DNA of 64,000 bases from an uncultured bacterium (GTDB lineage Bacteria; Cyanobacteriota; Cyanobacteriia; Phormidesmidales; Phormidesmidaceae). Under the pieces are notes generated by a model. The model saw nothing but the letters and a program-made list of their open reading frames with translations. It searched no databases and was not told the DNA's origin. Shown one piece after another: positions 19,899 through 27,555 of this stretch. Location of the stretch: contig CBKWJC010000009.1 in assembly GCA_966674685.1 (NCBI GenBank), positions 25,490 to 89,489 of the forward strand. Reading direction: 5' to 3'. A program made the translations under genes and the position numbers. Position 1 is the first letter of the stretch. Each line of letters begins with the position of its first letter.

Positions 19899-20954
19899 AT
19901 GAGTCAAGCCAAAAAGATTTTGATATTGTCAGCTAATCCTCGTAGCACATCGCGCCTACGTTTAGACCAAGAAGTGCGAGAAATCAGTTTAGGTTTACAG
20001 AGAACACAAAAAAGAGAGCTTTTTGAAATACATCAAAGATGGGCTGTAAGACCAAGAGAATTAAGACAATCTTTACTAGATATTGAACCACATATTCTTC
20101 ATTTTTGCGGTCATGGCTCTGAAACTGGAAGCTTGTGTTTTGAAGGTAATAATGGTGAAGAGAAATTGGTTCATCCAGAGGCTATAGCTCATTTGTTTGA
20201 GTTATGCCCTTATGTTGAATGCGTGGTTCTTAATGCTTGTTATTCAGAAATACAAGCAATATCTATTAATCAATATATTCGTTATGTCATCGGGATGAAC
20301 CAGGCAATAGGAGATCAAGCAGCAATCGAATTTGCAATTGGATTTTATGATGCTTTGAGTGTGGAACGCAGCTTTGAAGATGCTTATAAATTTGGATGCA
20401 ATGCAATTGAGCTAGAAGGTATTCCTGAGTATTTTACGCCTGTACTAAATATTAAAGGCCAAAATAGATCTTCTCAGTTGCCTTCACAATGGGATAACGA
20501 AGCTTATGTCTCACTCCATTTAGTTCAAGGAGTATTAGAAGAAGCAAGGTTATTTCGCAAGAATCTTTACTGTCATTGGTATCCTCAATTCAAAATAAAA
20601 GCAAAAAGCAACACTAAGAATGGCATCTTAAAAGATGTCTCTAGACCAGTAGACTTTTTAATAGAAGACTTTCAGCGAGATATAAAATTTTTGATCGAGG
20701 TTAAGTCAGCAAAAAGTAAAATTGATGATTCGGCTCGATTTCAACTTAAGACGTATCTTCAGCATTCAAGGTTACGTCATGGAATCGTTATAGATCCATT
20801 TAAGATGGAAATATATGAACTTAATAATGGAAAATTTGACTTTAGGGAAGCTTATGACATAGAAAACCCAGAAAACTTACAACCCATTGCTGCATTTCTT
20901 ACAAAATACTTGGATTCTATCTCAAATGCGTACGATTGCAATTCACACGTCTAA
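19899..20954 (+). CDS. CHAT/caspase-like domain fused to a PD-(D/E)xK (HsdR-N-like) nuclease domain
   Basis: The N-terminal ~185 aa match the widespread cyanobacterial CHAT-type module, with HFCGHG (His72) and VVLNACYS (Cys114). The C-terminal half carries PVDFLIED (Asp252), FLIEVK (Glu267, Lys269) and FQLKTY. Confidence 0.7.
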   Translation: MSQAKKILILSANPRSTSRLRLDQEVREISLGLQRTQKRELFEIHQRWAVRPRELRQSLLDIEPHILHFCGHGSETGSLCFEGNNGEEKLVHPEAIAHLFELCPYVECVVLNACYSEIQAISINQYIRYVIGMNQAIGDQAAIEFAIGFYDALSVERSFEDAYKFGCNAIELEGIPEYFTPVLNIKGQNRSSQLPSQWDNEAYVSLHLVQGVLEEARLFRKNLYCHWYPQFKIKAKSNTKNGILKDVSRPVDFLIEDFQRDIKFLIEVKSAKSKIDDSARFQLKTYLQHSRLRHGIVIDPFKMEIYELNNGKFDFREAYDIENPENLQPIAAFLTKYLDSISNAYDCNSHV

Positions 20955-21855
20955 GGGTGGAGTGGGAAAAACCACTTTGACCGTAAATATGGCTTATGAA
21001 TTAGCTATAACAGGAAAGAAAATACTGGTTATCGACTTAGATGATCAAGCTAATAGCAGTTTGTACTTGGGTGTAAACAAAGCTGATGAGTTCAATAAAG
21101 CTAAAAGCATAGATGAGTTCAACAAGATCTTAGACTCCTTTAAAAGCAGAAAAGAAGTCATAGATTTCTTGCGAGAAGATATTGATTCACCTGACTTTGA
21201 TTATAAAGAATTTATTCATGAAAGCTCGACATTCAACGAATACATCAAGCAAAATGGTGACTCTGGTGGACGAATAGATGTACTGCCAAGTAGCTATAGA
21301 ACAAAAGAAGATGAAATGCTAACTCAGATGGTTGGAGGAGGAGGAATTAAACAAACTCGTTTACACCGAGCATTAAATATGACTGATATTTCCAGCTTTT
21401 ATGATTATGTAATAATTGATACTCCCCCGAACTTGACAATGGTCGGTAATAACGGCTTATATGCCTCACGCTATGTGATTGTACCAACTCAGCTAGAGTA
21501 TTTCTCTGTGTTTGGTGTTAGATCAGTAATTCGCAGCATTCAAAGAACAGTGCAAGTTGACACTGATGGTCAACGAGGCAAGGTGTTGGGAGTAGTGCCA
21601 ATGATGACCGAATCTAATAACAAAATCAATAAGTTTGCGGGTCAGCTATTACAACAAGTTTTGCCTCCTGAAGTTGAGATCTTTTCAGGAATAAAACGAA
21701 CTACTTACTTTGCTGCTGCTGTCAAAGATCGTCTTCCTATTTCAGTTCTTGCACAGAAGAAACCTAGAGCTGCTGGTCAAGCAGCCATACAAGTATCAAA
21801 AGTTGCTGATGAACTGGTTGAAAAAATTAATCAAGAAGAAAATAAAGGAAATTAA
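20926..21855 (+). CDS. ParA/MinD-family ATPase with a ~60-aa insertion
   Basis: It has the deviant Walker A KGGVGKTT, A' IDLDDQAN and Walker B VIIDTPP. The ORF opens at 20887, and the ATG at 20926 gives the usual spacing to the Walker A. It overlaps the upstream gene by 29 nt. Confidence 0.85.
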   Translation: MRTIAIHTSKGGVGKTTLTVNMAYELAITGKKILVIDLDDQANSSLYLGVNKADEFNKAKSIDEFNKILDSFKSRKEVIDFLREDIDSPDFDYKEFIHESSTFNEYIKQNGDSGGRIDVLPSSYRTKEDEMLTQMVGGGGIKQTRLHRALNMTDISSFYDYVIIDTPPNLTMVGNNGLYASRYVIVPTQLEYFSVFGVRSVIRSIQRTVQVDTDGQRGKVLGVVPMMTESNNKINKFAGQLLQQVLPPEVEIFSGIKRTTYFAAAVKDRLPISVLAQKKPRAAGQAAIQVSKVADELVEKINQEENKGN

Positions 21856-21857
21856 GT

Positions 21858-22382
21858 ATGTCTGTAAAAGTTCAAAGTGGATATGGCCTTTTATACTTAA
21901 GTCAAATTTTAGAGCCGAATGGATTATCAGATATTCCTCAAAAAACAACAGATAAAATCATCAAGAGTTTAAATGATTGGGGATTCAATCTATCTCTTCC
22001 TATTGTCTGTTTGACACAAGAAGAAGAAAGATATCGCCTGTTGACAGGATTGCCAATTTACAAGGCAGCTAAAGAGGCAGGGTTGAAGCAAATTTGGGTG
22101 CTTTTAATTGCTCAAGAAGCTTCTACAGCAGAAGAGGTAATCGAGCAGGTTCAACTTCAATCAAAGCTAAATGAGAAACTGATTGAACCTGAAGATTTGG
22201 ATGAGTTTTTGGAATTTCTTAATGCTAAGGAATCAGACCTTACTTCAATACCTGGTATTAAGGAAGGCTATGCAAAATTAATTCAAGAAAAACGCCCTTT
22301 CGACTCTATAGATGAAATGAAGCAAAAGCTGGGGCCAAAGCGATCAATGAACTGGTTTAAGGCATATCAAAAGAAAAAATAA
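21858..22382 (+). CDS. ParB/Srx-like N-terminal domain protein with a C-terminal helix-hairpin-helix
   Basis: PIVCLTQEEERYRLLTGLPIYKAAKEAGLKQIWVLLI aligns with the ParB box region, but GERRxR is replaced by TGLPIYK. DLTSIPGIKEGYAKLIQEKRPFDSIDEM is a ComEA-type HhH. The gene starts 2 nt after the ParA-like stop. Confidence 0.65.
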   Translation: MSVKVQSGYGLLYLSQILEPNGLSDIPQKTTDKIIKSLNDWGFNLSLPIVCLTQEEERYRLLTGLPIYKAAKEAGLKQIWVLLIAQEASTAEEVIEQVQLQSKLNEKLIEPEDLDEFLEFLNAKESDLTSIPGIKEGYAKLIQEKRPFDSIDEMKQKLGPKRSMNWFKAYQKKK

Positions 22383-22386
22383 GGAA

Positions 22387-22418
22387 GTGCGATCGCAGAT
22401 GGGAAAAGTGCGATCGCA
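22387..22418. repeat. 32-nt double-HIP1 repeat, copy A
   Basis: GTGCGATCGCAGATGGGAAAAGTGCGATCGCA matches 23321-23352 with 2 mismatches. Confidence 0.8.
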
Positions 22419-22529
22419 TTTCGCTAAACCAAATGGCACTCAAAAACTGACTACACTAAGATCGAAGTTGTAGCTCTACAGCAACAGTATGGCAACAAAC
22501 CACCCCAGCCACTCTCGAAGCACTGCTGC

Positions 22530-22781
22530 TTGAAATTGAAGCAGACCCTTGCCTATATTCCGATTCAGACAGACACAATGCTGCTAGCGGCTGAACTGTG
22601 GGCAGAAGCAAGGCAAGCTGGACAACCCACGGCTGATGCTAAAGCACTAGATGGAGATGTGATTTTATCTGCTCAAGCTCGTCTACTTAGTGATGAGACA
22701 ACAGAGGTTGTTGTTGCCACAACTAATGTGTCGCATCTATCTCGCTTCATCACAGCACTAGATTGGCAATCTATTATGTAA
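22530..22781 (+). pseudogene. PIN-domain (VapC-like) toxin remnant, N-terminally truncated and probably frameshifted
   Basis: Only the C-terminal half of the PIN fold is present (LLAAELWAEARQAGQPTAD...DGDVILSAQA...VVATTNVSHLSRF). There is no N-terminal Asp motif and no ATG. An upstream alternative frame reads ...TLEALLLEIEADP. Confidence 0.5.
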
Positions 22782-22858
22782 ATCTATCGGCGCGATCGCA
22801 CGTTGAATAACGCTGTTACACTAAATATCATTTTTGTATAAATAAATGAGGTGGCGGC

Positions 22859-23278
22859 GTGAAAAAGAATGGGTTTCTGCTAGCTTGTACGGTGCTCACC
22901 TGCGCTGTGATCCCTCAAATCGTCCTAGCCGATGAAGTCTGGACAACCGAAGAATATGATGTAATCTACCAAGAAGATCGAGGCGAAACCGCCATTTGGT
23001 CATACGGCGACAACGGTATTGTCTTTATTGATGGTTTAGCCGGAGTGTTTACTGGCCGAGGCTCCTACACAGGCTATTGGGCGCAAACCTCGTCTTCACA
23101 ACGGTGCGATACCTTTCGAGAAGGCCCAGAGGGCGAACCAACCTATTATTGGGGGCGCTTCGAGGTTATGTTCCTCGATCCAGATTTCCCGTCGCGCTGG
23201 CACGCTCATGCTGGTTTGTGCAATCAAGAGCCGACTATGTTTTTCAATGGCACACCCGTGACCTCTTCTCAGCAGTGA
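22859..23278 (+). CDS. small secreted protein (signal peptide), unknown function
   Basis: GTG start preceded by GAGGTGG. The N-terminus has a hydrophobic signal sequence ending IVLADE. The protein is 139 aa. Confidence 0.6.
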   Translation: MKKNGFLLACTVLTCAVIPQIVLADEVWTTEEYDVIYQEDRGETAIWSYGDNGIVFIDGLAGVFTGRGSYTGYWAQTSSSQRCDTFREGPEGEPTYYWGRFEVMFLDPDFPSRWHAHAGLCNQEPTMFFNGTPVTSSQQ

Positions 23279-23320
23279 TGGCATAGAGCAGAATTAGCAA
23301 TCTGCTGAGTGAAGATGCGG

Positions 23321-23352
23321 ATGCGATCGCAGATGGGAAACGTGCGATCGCA
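23321..23352. repeat. 32-nt double-HIP1 repeat, copy B
   Basis: ATGCGATCGCAGATGGGAAACGTGCGATCGCA. Confidence 0.8.
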
Positions 23353-23395
23353 CACTGTCTAACCCTGCTCCACCGAGCGTCTAGCTTTTCTCCAC

Positions 23396-23464
23396 AAATA
23401 AATGAAGTGGCAGCGTAAAAAAGACTGGCTTTGGCTGGCTTGCGCCGTACTCACCTGCGCCGTG
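23396..23464 (+). pseudogene. truncated duplicate of the RBS and signal-peptide coding region of the 22859 gene
   Basis: About 80% identical to 22840-22908. The GTG start is mutated to GTA. Similarity ends at a HIP1 site. Confidence 0.7.
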
Positions 23465-23734
23465 CCCCCTGGGGAAGTGCGATCGCGCCTTGCTCTACGC
23501 TGATTGCTGCCAACATCTACACCAATTTACGCGCCTTTCCTAAAAATTTACCTTTACGAACTATCATGAGTCTCAACGAGCAGTACGGCATTCGCTAAAA
23601 GCACATCATTGTCTGCTACCACATCTTCATTGACTACGAATTAAGCCTATTCTGTTCATTGACAACTTTCCATTTTGAGAAAGATGTGATAGTCGTAGAA
23701 ACATCATTTAGTGAAGTTTTGTTTGAGGGTTTTT

Positions 23735-24073
23735 ATGGCACGATACACGAACCAATTTACGGTATCGACCGCCGAACGGGATCTACAGGCGGCGATCGCA
23801 AATACCCTCAGAGCATGCAATCTGAACTTGATTTACGAAACCAACGACTACCTGGTAGCCAAAGAGAAACCCGGCCAGGTTTCCTACTGGCAGCTCGCTA
23901 CCATCGAAGTTTTGATCAACTCGACTCAGCGCAGCCGCACAGGCAGCGAAATTGACGTGGATTTAGTCGTCAAGAACGAAGAACTGCCGCTTAAGCGCAA
24001 CAACCACTGCCAGCGCGTTTTTGAAGCAGTACGAGATGCGATCGCGCAAGCTCCGCCTTGTGCTGCTATCTAG
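23735..24073 (+). CDS. hypothetical protein
   Basis: The ORF spans 23711-24073. The likely start is MARYTNQ at 23735. GC is host-like. Confidence 0.5.
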   Translation: MARYTNQFTVSTAERDLQAAIANTLRACNLNLIYETNDYLVAKEKPGQVSYWQLATIEVLINSTQRSRTGSEIDVDLVVKNEELPLKRNNHCQRVFEAVRDAIAQAPPCAAI

Positions 24074-24200
24074 TACCCCCGCACAATTTTGGGTCTTTAG
24101 CAATCTCCACCCAAAGACAGTCTTAAGACCAACCCTTCTTGAACCCACAGCATACACAATAGCTGTAATGCTATAGCTGGAATTACGGGTTGAAATCATC

Positions 24201-26855
24201 ATGCGCCCCATTCGCACGTTTAACATTACGCCCGCTCTGCCTCCTCGGTTAGAGTCATTGCGGACGCTTGCCTACAATATCCACTGGGATTGGAATAGCA
24301 CCACCACTGACCTATTTCGCCGCCTCGACCAGGATCTGTGGGAATCAAGTCGACACAACCCCGTCCTGATGCTGGGGACGATTAGCCAAACTCGTTTACA
24401 AGAAGTTGCCGAAGATGAAGGCTTCATCGCCCATATGGAGCGAGCAGCAGAGCAACTCGATAACTATCTCAATAACCGATCCTGGTATCGCCGAAATCGG
24501 GGCAAAGATGCGCCAACTGAATGTTACGCCTACTTTTCAGCCGAATTTGGCCTCACCTCATGCTTACCGATCTACTCCGGTGGCTTAGGCGTCTTAGCTG
24601 GCGATCACCTCAAATCAGCCAGTGACTTGGGTTTACCGCTGGTGGGTGTTGGCTTGCTCTACCAGGAAGGCTACTTTGCCCAGTACTTAAATGCAGATGG
24701 CTGGCAGCAGGAGCGCTACCCGATTAATGACTTTTACAACATGCCGCTGCATTTGGAGTGCCATCCCGACGGCTCCGAAATTCGGATTGCCGTCGATTAT
24801 CCGGGCCGCATCGTCTATGCCCGCATCTGGCGCGTGCAGGTGGGCACTGTGCCGCTCTATCTGCTAGATACCAACATTGAGCCGAATAATCAGTACGACC
24901 AAGACATCACCGACCAGCTTTACGGCGGCGATATTGATTTGCGGATTCACCAGGAAATCATGCTGGGCGTGGGCGGCGTGCGAATGCTGGAAGCACTGGG
25001 TCTCAAACCCACCGTTTACCACATGAATGAGGGACACTCCGCCTTTCTCGCCCTAGAGCGGATTCGGATGCTGATGCACGATCCCGGCTTGAGCTTTGAA
25101 GAAGCCCTCCAGGTGGCGCATAATAGCCAGTTGTTTACGACCCATACCCCCGTCCCGGCAGGTATTGATCTGTTTCCGCCCGATAAGGTGCTGCACTACT
25201 TGAGCCACTACGCTCATCAGTTTGGCATCTCAGAAGAGGAACTGCTGTCTCTGGGCCGCAAGGACACAGGTGATTTCGTTGCCCCGTTCAGCATGGCAAT
25301 TTTGGCGATCAAGATGGCGTCGTTCGTCAACGGCGTGAGCAAGCTGCACGGTGCCGTATCGCGACAGATGTTTGGCAACCTGTGGGAAGATATTCCGCTG
25401 TCGGAAGTGCCCATCACTTCGATTACCAATGGTGTCCATGCCCATAGCTGTGTTCATAAGGTTAACCAGGAACTCTATGAGCGCTATCTGGGGCCGAACT
25501 GGTCACAGGCTCCAGCCGATCAGCCCCTCTGGTCTCGCCTGGACTCCATCCCTGATGAGGAAATGTGGCGCACACATGAGCGCTGTCGAGCCGACTTAGT
25601 TGTATCCGTGCGGGAATGGCTACACAAAAGCCTGCTGGATCGGGGTGCATCGCCATTAGAACTGGATCAAGCAGAAGATGTGCTTGACCCATCGGTCTTC
25701 ACGATTGGCTTCGCTCGGCGATTTGCAACCTACAAGCGGGCGACGCTGTTCCTACGGGACATAGAACGGATTAAGGCTTTGATTAAAGGCGGTGTAGACG
25801 GTAAGCGAGTACAGTTTGTAATTGCCGGAAAAGCTCATCCCAAGGACATTCCCGGTAAAGAGCTGATTCGGCAAATTATTCACTTTGCCCGTGAGGAAGG
25901 CTTAACCCGCTCGATTGTGTTTGTGCCGAACTACGACTTGAATGTGGCGCGCAAGATGGTGGCGGGTTGCGATGTGTGGCTGAATACGCCCCGTCGCCCC
26001 CGTGAGGCTTCCGGCACCAGCGGCATGAAAGCAGCGATGAACGGTTTACCCAATCTCAGCGTGCTGGACGGCTGGTGGGATGAGGCTGATTACGTCAAAA
26101 CGGGCTGGCCGATTGGCTACGGCGAAGACTACGATGATCCAGACTATCAGGATGATGTGGAAGCGAATGCGCTCTATGACCTGCTAGAGAAAGAGGTGGT
26201 GCCGCTGTTCTACGATCGCGATGCCGAGGGTGTGCCGCGCGGCTGGGTTGAGAAGATGAAGAATGCGGTTCGGCTCAACTGCCCACGGTTCAACACCTCA
26301 CGCATGCTGGCTGACTACGCCACCCGTGCCTATTTCCCAATTAGCGATCGCTATTTGAAACTGACAGAAGATAACTATACTCCGGCTAAGGAGTTGGCGC
26401 ATTGGCAGTCCCGCCTGTTCCAGCACTGGTATGACATCAAGATTCAAGAGGTGCATATCTTTGAGCCATCGCAGATTCAGGTCTATCAGCCGATGAAGGT
26501 GCAAGCGCATATTGCACTCGACAACATGAATCCATCGGATGTGCAGGTTGAACTGTATCAGGGCATGGTGGGTGTTGATGGCGAGATTCACGATGGGGAA
26601 GCAACGCCAATGACCTATGTGGGGCAGTTTGATGGCAATGGCAAAGGTGCATATTCGCTGTATGAGACGGAAATCGCTTATGACAGCAGCGGCTTGCAGG
26701 GCTTGTCGCTGCGGGTGATGCCCAGTCATCCCTACTTGAGCAGCGCCTATGAACCGCGACTGGTGCTGTGGGCACAGCCGGAAACGGTGCAGATTCATGC
26801 CCAGTCAGAGGCATCTGCTCCGCCAGCAGCACCGTATGAGACGGCAGTTAGCTAA
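24201..26855 (+). CDS. alpha-glucan family phosphorylase (GT35, maltodextrin-phosphorylase type)
   Basis: 884 aa with YFSAEFG, GGLGVLAGDHLKSASDLG and the PLP-lysine region EASGTSGMKAAMNG. Confidence 0.9.
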   Translation: MRPIRTFNITPALPPRLESLRTLAYNIHWDWNSTTTDLFRRLDQDLWESSRHNPVLMLGTISQTRLQEVAEDEGFIAHMERAAEQLDNYLNNRSWYRRNRGKDAPTECYAYFSAEFGLTSCLPIYSGGLGVLAGDHLKSASDLGLPLVGVGLLYQEGYFAQYLNADGWQQERYPINDFYNMPLHLECHPDGSEIRIAVDYPGRIVYARIWRVQVGTVPLYLLDTNIEPNNQYDQDITDQLYGGDIDLRIHQEIMLGVGGVRMLEALGLKPTVYHMNEGHSAFLALERIRMLMHDPGLSFEEALQVAHNSQLFTTHTPVPAGIDLFPPDKVLHYLSHYAHQFGISEEELLSLGRKDTGDFVAPFSMAILAIKMASFVNGVSKLHGAVSRQMFGNLWEDIPLSEVPITSITNGVHAHSCVHKVNQELYERYLGPNWSQAPADQPLWSRLDSIPDEEMWRTHERCRADLVVSVREWLHKSLLDRGASPLELDQAEDVLDPSVFTIGFARRFATYKRATLFLRDIERIKALIKGGVDGKRVQFVIAGKAHPKDIPGKELIRQIIHFAREEGLTRSIVFVPNYDLNVARKMVAGCDVWLNTPRRPREASGTSGMKAAMNGLPNLSVLDGWWDEADYVKTGWPIGYGEDYDDPDYQDDVEANALYDLLEKEVVPLFYDRDAEGVPRGWVEKMKNAVRLNCPRFNTSRMLADYATRAYFPISDRYLKLTEDNYTPAKELAHWQSRLFQHWYDIKIQEVHIFEPSQIQVYQPMKVQAHIALDNMNPSDVQVELYQGMVGVDGEIHDGEATPMTYVGQFDGNGKGAYSLYETEIAYDSSGLQGLSLRVMPSHPYLSSAYEPRLVLWAQPETVQIHAQSEASAPPAAPYETAVS

Positions 26856-27037
26856 AAAAACTACTAGCGCTGAAAGTTGTGATTATTCGGCATGTAGGAA
26901 TGCACTGCATTCTTACATGCCGTTTTGTTTTGAGGGTTGCGAAGGGTGCGATCGCACATCAAATCCTGCAAATCTTCTCTTCCCTTGACGTTAGCAGGAG
27001 AAATTGCATATGAAGGGAAAAGTTTCACCCAGGACTT

Positions 27038-27205
27038 ATGAAAATAGAAGTTGCTTTAATTAGCGGGCTGTGCTGCGCTATCGGTCAAAGCGTTTTACTC
27101 CACCTTTTCTTTTCAGCGTTTATGGCCACCTATGGAGCATGGGTATTGCTCGGCTTATCAATCTTTAATTGTGGTGCGGCAGGCTTAATTCTATTGCTTT
27201 ATTAG
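27038..27205 (+). CDS. possible 55-aa hydrophobic peptide (two predicted TM helices)
   Basis: ATG-initiated ORF below the track cutoff: MKIEVALISGLCCAIGQSVLLHLFFSAFMATYGAWVLLGLSIFNCGAAGLILLLY. No clear RBS. Confidence 0.25.
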   Translation: MKIEVALISGLCCAIGQSVLLHLFFSAFMATYGAWVLLGLSIFNCGAAGLILLLY

Positions 27206-27555
27206 GTTTTGGCTTTTCGATATGAGGATATTAAGAGGAATTAAATGGAAAGTTGCGATCGCAATCCAATATTCAAAAATAATCGTAGATTTACAATCAG
27301 ATAAATCGAATTTATTTTACTGAATGCTCAGCCTAATCACCCCAATTGATATGTTTAGGCTGGCAAATTAGGTGATCCGGCAGTTTCACTCTAATCAATT
27401 GTTGGACTAATTAGCTCCTTGACGAGTGCAGTAGCCATAAGCTACCGATTAATTTGCAAAATAATGAAATACATTGTGATGCTCTAGATGTGTAACAGTT
27501 ACAAAGGTGAGCAGCAACACCATAGACAGCAAGCGTGATCACTCTCTGATGAAAT

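Larger units (their letters stand above)
19590..22383. other. AT-rich, HIP1-free genomic islet carrying a three-gene operon
   Basis: Sampled lines 20041-20100 and 21061-21120 each have 21/60 G+C, against 33/60 at 24601-24660. No GCGATCGC occurs between 19019 and 22391. No integrase or transposase was seen. Confidence 0.75.
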
